A DNA stretch of 64,000 bases from an uncultured Verrucomicrobiae bacterium (GCA_963707025.1 CAVPOM010000018.1:448001-512000); one strand, 5' to 3'. Positions 19,678-29,895 are shown, counted from the first letter of the stretch. Notes: a model not told the origin generated them from the letters alone. Numbers and translations are program-made.

Positions 19678-20451
19678 TCATACCATTATCCCCGTGCCCC
19701 CGTCTATAACAAGAGTTTGCCCGATGATCCCCGACGCCGCATCGGAGAAAAGGAATTGCGCCCCATACGCAACCTCCTCGGCTGTCACCAGACGCCCCGC
19801 CGGAGTCCGGCGGATGGCCTCGGCAATTCGGTTTTCGGCATCCGGCAACGCCTTCCAGACATCCGTCAGCACCGCCCCGGCCGTGATAATGTTGACACGA
19901 ATGCCGCGCGGGGCCAGTTCGACGGCCAGATGGCGGGCCAGGGCCTCCAGCGCGCCCTTGGACGAACCAACTGCGCCATAGCCCGGCTGGAAGCGCAAGG
20001 CTCCCCAGGAACTGACCGCCACGACGCTTGATCCCTTGGAAAAGCGCGCCAGCAGCAGCTTGATCACCTTGAAAAAGGCGCCGACATTCAGGCTAAAAGT
20101 AAAGTCGAAATGCCGCCAGTCAAGTTCCTCCACGGAGCGATGAACCCCGGTCGCGGCACAATGGACCAATCCGGAAAGTTGCGGACCCACCTCCGCAACC
20201 GAGCGGTCCAACTGTTCCAAACCCCGGTCGTTCGTCAGATCCGCCCGGCACAAGCGGATGCCCAAACCTTCTTCCGTGGCGATCGCCTTCAATTCCTCTG
20301 CCGCCTTTTGGTTGCGCACAAAGTTCGCGATGACGGTGGCTCCGGCCCGCGCAAAACGAAGTGAAATGGCGCGACCAATGCCGCGCGTGCCCCCGGTCAC
20401 CAAAATCGTCCGGCCGGACAAGGAAAATAAATTATTCGGACTTATGCCCAT
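19678..20451 (-). CDS. SDR oxidoreductase, FabL-like enoyl-ACP reductase
   Basis: TGGTRGIG; YGAVGSSK (Y-x6-K spacing of enoyl reductases); ALARHLAVELA. Confidence 0.8.
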   Translation of the reverse strand: MGISPNNLFSLSGRTILVTGGTRGIGRAISLRFARAGATVIANFVRNQKAAEELKAIATEEGLGIRLCRADLTNDRGLEQLDRSVAEVGPQLSGLVHCAATGVHRSVEELDWRHFDFTFSLNVGAFFKVIKLLLARFSKGSSVVAVSSWGALRFQPGYGAVGSSKGALEALARHLAVELAPRGIRVNIITAGAVLTDVWKALPDAENRIAEAIRRTPAGRLVTAEEVAYGAQFLFSDAASGIIGQTLVIDGGTGIMV

Positions 20452-20840
20452 AACGGCTCAAATATACCTGTTCTTCCAGCCAACCATCGGACTGCAACGG
20501 TCACGCACTTCAACCAGAATCTTGCGAACGATGGGCCGCAAGGACGGCGGAGGCGGCGCCGTCGTTTTGAAGTCAACGCCATTTTTCCGCGAACAGGCCA
20601 CCACCAGATTCTCCGCTTGCTTGACAGGAAAAGAGCCGCACACGCCGTTGCTGGCGAGCTGGGACGCGCTTCGCTGCTCGTGGCCGCAAAGAAAAGTCAG
20701 ATCTTCGCCCTCCTCCCCCGGCCCGAGCCAGGGGCGGTGGTGTATCCAGAGTTCTTCCACACCGTCGGCAATGGAGGGATGAATCCGGTGTGAGCAGGGG
20801 CGGATATGGAGGGCCCGCCCCCGCCGAAGTTTCTTTTAAT

Positions 20841-20875
20841 TGGCACGCATGATGCCAGTTTGGCATCGCTGCTGC
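20841..20875. promoter_or_regulatory. Cluster of sigma-54-like -24/-12 motifs
   Basis: GG-N10-GC three times: + TGGCACGCATGATGC (20841-20855), + TGGCATCGCTGCTGC (20861-20875), - TGGCATCATGCGTGC (20857-20843). Confidence 0.4.
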
Positions 20876-21068
20876 TGCGAGAAATGACAAAACCGAGTTC
20901 AAATCGCTCACACCAATTCTCTTATACAAACCACTCAAAATCAGCCACTTCCAACAAGGACAGTCTCTCCAAACCGGATGACGGTGACAGGCAGGAGAGG
21001 TTGCCGGGCTGAAAAGTCCAACTGTTAATCTGGGGGGAACGTCCCCAAGGCATTAAGACATCATTTGC

Positions 21069-21420
21069 TCAAGTTCCCAGGAGTATTTGGGTCAGGGGAC
21101 CGATCCGGACAAGTTTGGAGGCGCCCCAGTCTGCAAAGGTCGCTTTAAGGTTAGAATCCCATTGATCCCTGACCGGCCCCCCGCTGGTGATGATTTTTTG
21201 GTGGTTTCCTTTCTTGAACTGATCCCAAGCCTCCCGCAATTTGGTGGCCGGGATCAAGCCTTCCACCACCAGGTAGTCCCCGCCCACGCGGCTGTTGACG
21301 GCCGGAAGCCGTAAACACCACGCTGGAGGCCCAGCAGCAGGGCGAGGGTCAGCAGCCTGCCGCGCCAGGCTAAAAGCCAGGCTTCCTTGCGAACAAAGAG
21401 GCCGGAAAGCGCCGTCGGAC
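21069..21420 (-). pseudogene. Frameshifted, truncated paralogue of the YdcF/DUF218-like gene at 22887
   Basis: GLFVRKEAWLLAWRGRLL...GVYGF, frameshift near 21304, then AVNSRVGGDYLVVEGLIP...ITSGGP. Matches the N-terminus of 22887-23615. Confidence 0.7.
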
Positions 21421-21573
21421 ACCTTTGTGGAGAATTCACGCCAGAAATCCTTAATGAACCGGAGGGCATCCAGCACTGCGTTCATCATTGCGCCAAGAAG
21501 CCATTCCGGCTGCGGCCAATCCGCCTTTGAAAAAACGCGGTACTTCACGCTGCCGGAGCCCGGTTTCATTCGA

Positions 21574-22662
21574 TCAGTGACTCTGGTGCTGGGGAGATTC
21601 GTGGTCACGGGCTTCTGCCGGAGGATGAAATTGCCCCTGCCTCCGCCTTTTCCCCGCGGCCGGTTTTGTCAAGTAAAAGAGCATCTTATACCACGATCCT
21701 ACAAAGAACATCTTGCATTCATTGTAGAGCAAGCTGGATAGCTTGGCCGCCCTCATTCCAAAAGCCCTTTGAATCCAGGCGTACTTCCAACTGAGGCGGG
21801 GAATCTGCAATTGCCCCCCCAGCGTCGCGGCCAGCCGCCGGGACTCTTCCACGATTTTAGGCATCTCAGGATAGAAAAAAGGCAGCCAGTTCTGCAGGAA
21901 GGTCACGCAGGCGGCTCGTACCCTCGCGCTATCCTCGACCGAGCGCAGGTAGCCGATTTGCAGGCGCATGCCCAGGAACTGCGCCTCCTTTTTCTTTTTG
22001 GAGCGGCCCACATAAGACAGGCTGCCGACGGGGCACCTGCGGTAGTACACCTTGGCCTCGGGCACAAAGCAGACGCGGTCGCTTTTGAGAACGACCCTGC
22101 TGAAATACTCCCCGTCGTCATCCCCGAGCAGGCGGGTGTCCCAAGGCCCGGCCGCTTCTGTCAGCTCGCGGCTCACCAGCCACGTTGCTGTCTGCATAAA
22201 GACGTTCTGCTCCCATTTCCGCGTCATCCACTCCACCGGAGAAAGATCGCACCACAGGGCCGTGGGGCGAAAGCGGGCTTTGTTCACACGGTAAAAAAAG
22301 TAGCCCCAAGCCGACGAAACGAGCGTCCGCCTGCTGCCGTAGCTTCTGAACAACTCCATTTGCCTGGCAATTTTTTCACGGCTCAGGAGATCGTCGGCGT
22401 CCAGCCACTGGATATAGTCCCCCTGGCACAAGGAAAAAGCCTTGTTTCTGGCCGCCGCCGCGCCCTGGTTGGGCTGGCTGACCACCGACACCTCCTTCCC
22501 GGCAAATTTACGGGCCACCGCCAGAGTTTGGTCGGTGGAACCATCGTCCACTATAATGATTTCCTTCCTGGGCCACGTTTGACACAGGGCGGACTCAATC
22601 GTCTCCGCGATGCACCCCTCTGCATTAAATGCAGGTATGAGTATTGATATCAAAGGTTCCAT
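21574..22662 (-). CDS. Glycosyltransferase family 2
   Basis: ISILIPAFN, VDDGSTD, QWLDADD, DDDGEYF. Confidence 0.92.
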   Translation of the reverse strand: MEPLISILIPAFNAEGCIAETIESALCQTWPRKEIIIVDDGSTDQTLAVARKFAGKEVSVVSQPNQGAAAARNKAFSLCQGDYIQWLDADDLLSREKIARQMELFRSYGSRRTLVSSAWGYFFYRVNKARFRPTALWCDLSPVEWMTRKWEQNVFMQTATWLVSRELTEAAGPWDTRLLGDDDGEYFSRVVLKSDRVCFVPEAKVYYRRCPVGSLSYVGRSKKKKEAQFLGMRLQIGYLRSVEDSARVRAACVTFLQNWLPFFYPEMPKIVEESRRLAATLGGQLQIPRLSWKYAWIQRAFGMRAAKLSSLLYNECKMFFVGSWYKMLFYLTKPAAGKRRRQGQFHPPAEARDHESPQHQSH

Positions 22663-22886
22663 GGCTGGGCCTCAGTCTTTCCGATAGGCAGATACCAGGA
22701 TATCTTGAAACTGCTGACGAACCTCTCCTCGCAGCAGCTTCACGCTCAACTGATAACCAAATCCAGCCTTTTCAAGTTGTGCCGCAACGACCGGGAAGCA
22801 GTCCCGACTTTGTTCTGAGGAGAGCGGGTGCAAAATCATGCCGCTTCGACGTTTCCTCAGGCCACCGCGGCGCGTCCCAGAACTTC

Positions 22887-23615
22887 TCAGGAAGCCGCCG
22901 GACGAAAGAAAAAACGGGCATAAAGGTAGGCGATGCTCTCGCCGACCACATTCCGCACCCCTTCGCTGGTGCGCCACCAGTGGCGCGGATCATATTCGTG
23001 ACTGTCCATGGCAATAATGCCAATCTTTACCCCGGCCCCGAACGCTTTTTCGTACATCAACCGGGAGCGCCGCGCATGCGGCCCCTCTGTCGCAACATCC
23101 AAAAACTTTACCTCCATCCCTTGTTCCCTGGCCCACTGTTTCACCACCAAGGCCGAATGGTAAGTGCGGTCTTTGCTGGCCACATTGGGGAAGAGCGTCG
23201 AGAGTTTCTCCTGGGGCACGCCGTCCTGGACCAACAGTCGGCTCACAAAATCACCGGAATAGCGGCCCGACTCATATCGGTCCCCCTCCTCCAGCACCGG
23301 TCGAATCAGAACGGCACGCTGATAGCCGCCGTGCAAAAACTCCGAGGCAGCCTGCTTCATCGTATTGGGTGGAGACCAACCCTCAATCACCAGCAACTTT
23401 GCCGGAACTCGATCTGTGAGAGCTAAAAACGAATGCACGCCGAACCGTAGCGTAACTAGGATCACAAGCCCAAGGGCCAACACCAGCAGCCAACCGGCCC
23501 GGGACAACGTCCAGCATTCCCGGCGGCGCAGCAAGCCACCGAAGGCCGATGGCCGTTTTTGGCGTGGACGTTCCATCGGCGGATTCAAAGCGAAACCTCT
23601 CTTTCCATCCATCAC
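22887..23615 (-). CDS. YdcF/ElyC/SanA (DUF218)-like membrane-anchored protein
   Basis: One N-terminal TM helix, LVIEGW, RTYHSA, HARRSRL, WW...G..E. Start may be at 23576. Confidence 0.75.
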   Translation of the reverse strand: MMDGKRGFALNPPMERPRQKRPSAFGGLLRRRECWTLSRAGWLLVLALGLVILVTLRFGVHSFLALTDRVPAKLLVIEGWSPPNTMKQAASEFLHGGYQRAVLIRPVLEEGDRYESGRYSGDFVSRLLVQDGVPQEKLSTLFPNVASKDRTYHSALVVKQWAREQGMEVKFLDVATEGPHARRSRLMYEKAFGAGVKIGIIAMDSHEYDPRHWWRTSEGVRNVVGESIAYLYARFFFRPAAS

Positions 23616-23616
23616 G

Positions 23617-25200
23617 TCACTGGACCGCGTCTTTCTTGGTCATTTTTGACAAAAAACCGCGCATTTCGTGGATCACTCTTTGCGCCGTCCGACGCTGATG
23701 GGGCAAAATCCAAATAATCGCCAAGCCGGCTGCCAGTGTTGCCGGAACACCCACGCAGAGCTGCAGGATGGGTGTTATTTTTGCGCAGGCCAGGCTGGTT
23801 CCATACGCCGCCCCAAAAGCCACGACCCACACCGGTACGTGGCGGAATAACACCCGCCAGAGGTCAGCATTGCTGACGGGGCCGAAACGACCCACGATAT
23901 AATTCTGCAGCGGCAATCGAACCAGCAGTCCCCCCAGCGAAAACGCCAGAGCCACGCCCGTGATCCCGTAAAACAGCCCGATGGCATATGAGGCGACTGA
24001 GACCAGCGATACGGCCAGGCCGGTCCAGAGAATGTCCCGATTGCGTCCCTGGGTCGTCAACAGCCACATGGACGATCCGGCCGCCGCATAGTAGGTGGCG
24101 GCGATGGCCAAGGCTGCGAAAACGGGCACCACTTCCAGCCAGCGTGGCCCGAGCGTCGCCAGCACCAGGGGACGGGACAGTCCCAGAAACAAGCCAGCCA
24201 TCAGGTAGCTGGCGAGCACCAACGCGTCGTAAATCTGCAAGAAAGTGCGCCGATACCGTTCTGGCGCGTCTTGCAAACGCGACAACATCGGGATGAAGAC
24301 CGTGTCAAACGGAATGAGAAACTGGTCCAGAGGCCGCATCAGCAGCGCCATGCCTCGACTGTACACTCCCAGCGGCCCCGCGCCGCAAACGCGGCCAATC
24401 AAAACCGAATCCATGTTGCTGGAGACACGCCGCAACACGGCGGACACCGTGAGGCTGGCTCCAAGGTGAACCATGGATAGGGTTCCTGCACCGGCCTTGG
24501 GGAGCTGCGGACGCCAGCTCGACAAAGTCCATGCCAGGGCCAGCTCGCCCACGGCGATCGCGAATTGCGAGCCGACCAACGACCAATAGCCGTATCCCAG
24601 CAAGGCCATCCCGACTCCGACGATCAACGACAGGACCATGGAACCAATATCCACCCACGCCAAGGCTTTGAACCGCATCTGCCGGTTGAGCAGCGCCAAA
24701 TGCTGCACCGTCGAACCGCTCAGGATGAAGGTGCTACAGAGCCAGATCGTAATGGCAACCAGCCGCTGATCGCGGTAAAACCATGCCATAACGGGCGAGA
24801 GGGCGGCCCCAATCGCAGCGGCGCAAATGCCGAGCGACACATTGATCCAAAAGAGATTGGAAACTTGGGCATGCGTAACTTTATCCCTCTGCACCGTGGC
24901 GGCGGACAACCCGGCCTCACGAAACAGGCGCAGAAAGGCAATCAAGACCGCCGCCATCGCCACCAACCCGAAGTCCTCCTTGGACAGCAACCGGGCGAGG
25001 ATGACCGTCGAAATGAAGTAGAGGCCGAACTTGGCCGCCTGGGCTCCCACCGTCACCAGCCCGCCGGAGATGACTCGTCCGCCCAGGTTCGTCATCAAGT
25101 GGTCAGTGCTAAAATGCTTGTCGTGCCGGCCTTGCGCTGCGGCCAGGACCGCGGATTCTCCCGCACCTGGCGCGTGATCAGGAATTTCCGGATGATTCAT
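23617..25200 (-). CDS. Polysaccharide flippase (Wzx/WzxC family)
   Basis: LARLLSKEDFGLVAM, GYWSLV, LGVYSR; many TM helices. Confidence 0.92.
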   Translation of the reverse strand: MNHPEIPDHAPGAGESAVLAAAQGRHDKHFSTDHLMTNLGGRVISGGLVTVGAQAAKFGLYFISTVILARLLSKEDFGLVAMAAVLIAFLRLFREAGLSAATVQRDKVTHAQVSNLFWINVSLGICAAAIGAALSPVMAWFYRDQRLVAITIWLCSTFILSGSTVQHLALLNRQMRFKALAWVDIGSMVLSLIVGVGMALLGYGYWSLVGSQFAIAVGELALAWTLSSWRPQLPKAGAGTLSMVHLGASLTVSAVLRRVSSNMDSVLIGRVCGAGPLGVYSRGMALLMRPLDQFLIPFDTVFIPMLSRLQDAPERYRRTFLQIYDALVLASYLMAGLFLGLSRPLVLATLGPRWLEVVPVFAALAIAATYYAAAGSSMWLLTTQGRNRDILWTGLAVSLVSVASYAIGLFYGITGVALAFSLGGLLVRLPLQNYIVGRFGPVSNADLWRVLFRHVPVWVVAFGAAYGTSLACAKITPILQLCVGVPATLAAGLAIIWILPHQRRTAQRVIHEMRGFLSKMTKKDAVQ

Positions 25201-25254
25201 CAGGGAAAGAGACGTGCAGAAATTAGAATCTTGCTTGCTACAGCAAGCCCTTTA

Positions 25255-27042
25255 TCAGATGGCTTCATGCTGCGGTCGCTTACCGAAGCGTCCCGCCAAC
25301 GGGGCAAAACGATCTCGACCTTCGCAAAGCAATCGTCGTGCAAAAGCCCAGACGTTGAGATGGGGAATTTTGACCAAGTTCTGAGCAATGGCTTCTGGAT
25401 GAATAAAGGCAATTTCGACGCTGCTGCCAGGCTCCACGGGCAAGGATTCCCCCGCGTAACTTTCGATGAACTTCATTTCGCCTCCTGGAACGCCCAGACG
25501 CATGCCTTCGTTGCGTCCGTTCGTGGAATGGGGACGCAACACCGAGATGGAATGACATTCCGGCGGAACAGCCACATGAAGGAGCCTGGAGTAGGCCCGC
25601 ACGCGAAAAAGGCCGCCCTGCTTCTGCGTTTGGTAATTGTGCCGACTGATGGCGCTCATGCGCATCCATTGCGCGTTCCCCAGCGCATTGATGGAAGCGG
25701 CTACCTCCTCCAGAATGCCCAAGCCTTCGGCCACATCTTCATGGTGGCCATAAGGAATAATGGGCCGGTGCAGATACGCGGCCAAATGAATCGCGGCGTC
25801 ATACTGCTTGCTCTTGAAGCGGAAGCGGGGCAGAACGGGCAAACCGGCGACAACGTCGGAAACTCGTAGTCCCAGGCCATGGGACCATGGCTTGTTCGCA
25901 TTTGTTTCCAGCAGGCAGGGCACGGCGGTGGACACGGCGTCAAATCCAAGCCTGGCCAAGGCCTCAAGGACCTCCTCGCCGCAGACACCATGAGGCGGGG
26001 CCATCACCCGGCAAATTTCAAGCCGCCCAGCTTTTTCTGCGCGGCCAATCCGTTGCAGCGCCTGGACGAGAGACGCGATCGCTTTTTCCTGGGAGCCAAA
26101 GGAGGCCAGTTCGGAGTGCAGATGGTCATTGCCATGCATCATCAGTGAGAGCTGCCCGGAATTATGGCTGAAAACCTCCGCCGTCCGCCTCCGCACCAGC
26201 CACGCATCCAAAGGCACCGTGGCAAAAGCAACATGGTAGGGCGAGGACCGCGCGCTGGCCGCCAAGCGCCTGAAATCCAGCCACCCGTATCGCCCGGCGT
26301 GCAAATTCGGATCGTCGAACTGAAAGCAGGCCCTTGGCCCTGAAGAGAGCCATTGCTCCTCGCCGGTGAGTTGTCGCAGAAAGTCTATCAAGGGAAGCAT
26401 GGCGATGAAATTGCCAGAATGAAAATAACGGTAGAGGCAGCCCTCGCTCTTGACCTCCGGCAACGGCATCGCGCTCACGTCGTGTCGAAGAACGCCATTT
26501 GCACGGCGGACCCACAACGGTTTGTCTCCCAATCGCGCCATAATCACGTCCCCTTCCCTCAAGCCGGGCGGCGCGCCTTGGCGAACATCCTCTTGATAAA
26601 ACCGGTGCGCGCGAAATGCTTTCGGAACCTCCGCGCTTTGGCCGAATTGGATTTCAGCAGATGGAAAAGAAAGGTCGCCGGAAGCAGCGCAGGGCAGATG
26701 CAGTGAAGGCAGCTCCAGCGCGCTTTCCTCCAGAATCCCGCCCCAGGCGATCACCGCGTCCAGGCCCTTCATTTCGTGGGCGTTGCGGCGTTCGAAACGG
26801 ACGGGCAAAAGTTCTTCCAGCCAAGCCCAGAGCGGACCGCCACAAGCTCGGTCGGGGCCTGCCAAGCCCACAATTCTATTGGAATCAGTCAAAGGAATCA
26901 CGCCAGTCAAAGTATCGGGGGCAACTGGCTCAGATTGCGAAGGCCTCTTCGGGCCGCCAGACTCATCCTTCAAGAAAACCTGCCAGACAACGGAACGGCG
27001 TCGGCGCCCTTCCTTCAGAAACCAGGTCCGCCAAAGCTCCAA
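25255..27042 (-). CDS. Hypothetical EPS-locus protein with a deacetylase-like barrel
   Basis: FQFDDPNL, MHGNDH, APPHG, YGHHED. True start is probably downstream (e.g. GTG 26901). Confidence 0.6.
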   Translation of the reverse strand: MELWRTWFLKEGRRRRSVVWQVFLKDESGGPKRPSQSEPVAPDTLTGVIPLTDSNRIVGLAGPDRACGGPLWAWLEELLPVRFERRNAHEMKGLDAVIAWGGILEESALELPSLHLPCAASGDLSFPSAEIQFGQSAEVPKAFRAHRFYQEDVRQGAPPGLREGDVIMARLGDKPLWVRRANGVLRHDVSAMPLPEVKSEGCLYRYFHSGNFIAMLPLIDFLRQLTGEEQWLSSGPRACFQFDDPNLHAGRYGWLDFRRLAASARSSPYHVAFATVPLDAWLVRRRTAEVFSHNSGQLSLMMHGNDHLHSELASFGSQEKAIASLVQALQRIGRAEKAGRLEICRVMAPPHGVCGEEVLEALARLGFDAVSTAVPCLLETNANKPWSHGLGLRVSDVVAGLPVLPRFRFKSKQYDAAIHLAAYLHRPIIPYGHHEDVAEGLGILEEVAASINALGNAQWMRMSAISRHNYQTQKQGGLFRVRAYSRLLHVAVPPECHSISVLRPHSTNGRNEGMRLGVPGGEMKFIESYAGESLPVEPGSSVEIAFIHPEAIAQNLVKIPHLNVWAFARRLLCEGRDRFAPLAGRFGKRPQHEAI

Positions 27043-27069
27043 CTTAGTGGAACCACAAGCATCTCCAAC

Positions 27070-29895
27070 TCACGGCACTACGTGCAAACCAGTCGGCGCC
27101 GGCAGTGGTTGACCGCCGGTTGGTGGACCGGGATTCATTAACGCGTTGAAGCGCGCCTGCGCCGGGATCATGCTCACCATGGGTGTCCGGTCCGGTCCGA
27201 TGGGCGGCCAGGCGAAACCGACCGGCCACCACGATGGCTGGGAGGAATAGTAGAGCGAGGCTGGGAGCGTGGTCGCATAGCCGTTGGAAATGACCGTGGA
27301 CATGTGGGCGTAGTCGTAATTCTCGTGCCAGAATGTATTTGTTTCCACCCTCAAATCGTAGGCGTTGGTCAGCGGATAAAATGGCACGGCGGTAGGCGAG
27401 CCGGTGTAGGTCGTCTTGGCCGAGGCCGGATAACCGAATTTGCGAATGGCGTAACTGGTATAGTAGTCGTCATAATTGTTGGTGTCGCCAAGATCAAAAG
27501 TGTAGAGCCGGGACGGCTCGCCCAGGACGTTGCCCACGATGTTGTTGGAAAGTGTCCATGCGTCCAGGTCCACGGCGATGATGTTCTGGTAGAAATAATT
27601 CGTCGGGGAAAGCTCTTGCAAAGCGTTGCGGAAGACGGTCTGGCAGGTACCGCCGCTGCCGTGAGTGTGGTCGAAAGTGACGTTCGGGCAGACATTTCCC
27701 TCCACCAGGTTCATCACCGGATTAGGGACGTGGATGCCGATGTAGGGGTCTTGAAACCCGGATGATCCCATGAGGTTCGTCAAATAATTGTAGCCATAAA
27801 CGTTGCCGGTGCAGCCGCCTTCGATGAACACGAACATGAGCAGGTTATATTCGATATTGTCCTCCCACAGACAATCCGTGCAGCCGGGCACTTCCAGCCC
27901 GTAACCGTAATCAATGGAGTAGGTGGTGGCGTCGTGGATGGTGCATTCGCGCATCTCGCAGAACAGGCATTGGTTCCACCACTGATGCCAGCGTTTGGCG
28001 TAGGCAGTCTCAACGCCTTTCTCCCAGCAGTTCAAGCAACCCTCAAAGTCCACCAGGTTCTGGCCGGTATTATTGGCCACATCATTGCTGATGGTCAGGT
28101 TTTCCAGGCCGAACCTCTGGACCGGCGCTTCCATCATGGCGACCTGCGGCGATTCGGCCATGTCAAAGTTCCACTGGATGGGCGGCCAGACGGTCAGGTT
28201 CGTCACCTGGCTGATGGCCTTGACCTGGGTGAGCTGGCTCAAGCAACGGCTGCCGTTGTGGGGCCGGTCATAGTTGCCCAAAGCGTCGGAACCGAACGGC
28301 GTCACGAAGCTGTTTTCCATGTCCCCCGTTGCCATGTTGGTGTTCAACTGGTCTATTTGCAACATCATACCCACGGTGATGCTGGCGGCGTTGCCCGCCA
28401 CGCTGACCACCGAGATGTTGCTGGAACCGATGGTGAGGCCGGAATGGACCGGGCAAACACGGGCGGCGTTGGTATTGATCCAATAGGTGTCGCCGACGAG
28501 CAGCGCATCACTGGAACCCACAGGGTTCTTCTCGTGCCAGATCGTCTTGCCCGCGCCATCGCCGCGGATGACCACGCCGTTACGGTTGTAGTTGGCAACG
28601 AGGTTGGTCATCAAATAGGTTCCCGTCGGAATGTAAATCACCCAGTTGGACGGGCAGTGCGCGAGGACGCTGGCCAGGATGCCGGAGTCATCGTTCACGT
28701 TGTCGCCGTGAAACCGGTAAGCCAGATTGGTGATGGTACCATTGCTGCAAACACCAGTGGCGCAGTTGCAAAAGACGTTGGTCACAGTGGGGATGCCACC
28801 CTGCACGCCGACCCCGCTCCTCGTCCAGTTAATGTACCATCCAGCCGGCATCAATGGCAGTGCCGAATTGGTCGGCGGTGCCGAATAGGCCGGAACAGGC
28901 GTGCCACCGTTGAGCACATACACGGTGCCGTAAGTGTCAAAGTTCTCTCCCGTGGCCGTGTTTTCCTCGGTATTCTCGCAACCCACAATCCCTTGGATCG
29001 TCGTCCAGTTGGCCGGGCCGGTGGCGCCGCTGCCAACATTGTCGGTCACGGTGGCCGACCCCAGATAGGTTTGACTGGCGCAATCCCAGACATACATCGT
29101 CATCACGCCGCCCGACGGCGCATCGGTAATCACAGCCAGCGTGTGGTTGAAAGTCATATGAAGCAGTGGAGTCGCTTGGGTGCTGATTTCGTTCTCTATC
29201 GTGACATACGATCCGGGGTCGGGATGATCGTTGAAATTGTCATACATATTGTGGTTGTTGGGCGCCGTATTCAGGTTCAGCCAGTCGAAGTTGTTAAATT
29301 GGGGCACCACCGTGGTAAACGTGATAACCTGATAGACCGTCACCTGGGCCGCGTTGAGTCCTCTTCCCTGCAAAAATCCCACCATGTTCGCCCCGGACTG
29401 CCACTCGGCGCATTTGCTGCCGGTCAGCATTGCTGAGACGTTGGCCCCCCCGATGGTCATGGCCGGCCAAGGCCATTGGCCCGCCGCCAGCGTGTTGGAA
29501 CTGACGATCTTGATGTTGTTGAATGAACCGCCGGGAGAAATCTCACCGGCACTTTCCCAGAGCGTCAAGACCGGCTGGCCGGCGACTTTAAAGGTTCCTG
29601 CATAAACACCGTTTGAACTTAGATAACTGCCAACTGAATCCGTGACCAAATCCGGGAAAAAACCCAGGGAACCGGACTGCCCGTGAACCGAAGCCGTCAG
29701 GCAGAGGAGCAAGGAAAAAATGACAAGGCGCAGTTTGATGGCCCTCACGCCCACACACTCTGGGGCAGCGGCTTCTTCGCCGCTTCCACCGGAGGCGTCA
29801 CATTGGATGTCCTTAACATTATGTTGAAAATCAGGGCCGCGCCTAACCCACCCTAAAGGGAGGGATTGGGAGCGATTGCGATTGAAAATTTTCAT
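27070..29895 (-). CDS. Large secreted protein with pectate-lyase-like beta-helix
   Basis: Signal peptide (LVIFSLLLCLTASVHG); GDNVNDD...VIYIPTGTY...VVIRGDG beta-helix cap; Asn/Thr-rich with EDN/YN/EGN repeats. Start uncertain (ATG 29895 or GTG 29754/29748). Confidence 0.75.
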   Translation of the reverse strand: MKIFNRNRSQSLPLGWVRRGPDFQHNVKDIQCDASGGSGEEAAAPECVGVRAIKLRLVIFSLLLCLTASVHGQSGSLGFFPDLVTDSVGSYLSSNGVYAGTFKVAGQPVLTLWESAGEISPGGSFNNIKIVSSNTLAAGQWPWPAMTIGGANVSAMLTGSKCAEWQSGANMVGFLQGRGLNAAQVTVYQVITFTTVVPQFNNFDWLNLNTAPNNHNMYDNFNDHPDPGSYVTIENEISTQATPLLHMTFNHTLAVITDAPSGGVMTMYVWDCASQTYLGSATVTDNVGSGATGPANWTTIQGIVGCENTEENTATGENFDTYGTVYVLNGGTPVPAYSAPPTNSALPLMPAGWYINWTRSGVGVQGGIPTVTNVFCNCATGVCSNGTITNLAYRFHGDNVNDDSGILASVLAHCPSNWVIYIPTGTYLMTNLVANYNRNGVVIRGDGAGKTIWHEKNPVGSSDALLVGDTYWINTNAARVCPVHSGLTIGSSNISVVSVAGNAASITVGMMLQIDQLNTNMATGDMENSFVTPFGSDALGNYDRPHNGSRCLSQLTQVKAISQVTNLTVWPPIQWNFDMAESPQVAMMEAPVQRFGLENLTISNDVANNTGQNLVDFEGCLNCWEKGVETAYAKRWHQWWNQCLFCEMRECTIHDATTYSIDYGYGLEVPGCTDCLWEDNIEYNLLMFVFIEGGCTGNVYGYNYLTNLMGSSGFQDPYIGIHVPNPVMNLVEGNVCPNVTFDHTHGSGGTCQTVFRNALQELSPTNYFYQNIIAVDLDAWTLSNNIVGNVLGEPSRLYTFDLGDTNNYDDYYTSYAIRKFGYPASAKTTYTGSPTAVPFYPLTNAYDLRVETNTFWHENYDYAHMSTVISNGYATTLPASLYYSSQPSWWPVGFAWPPIGPDRTPMVSMIPAQARFNALMNPGPPTGGQPLPAPTGLHVVP

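Noticed and set aside
20458..20760. 100-aa minus-strand ORF upstream of the SDR
   Set aside because: No recognisable motif; cannot tell a gene or remnant from chance.
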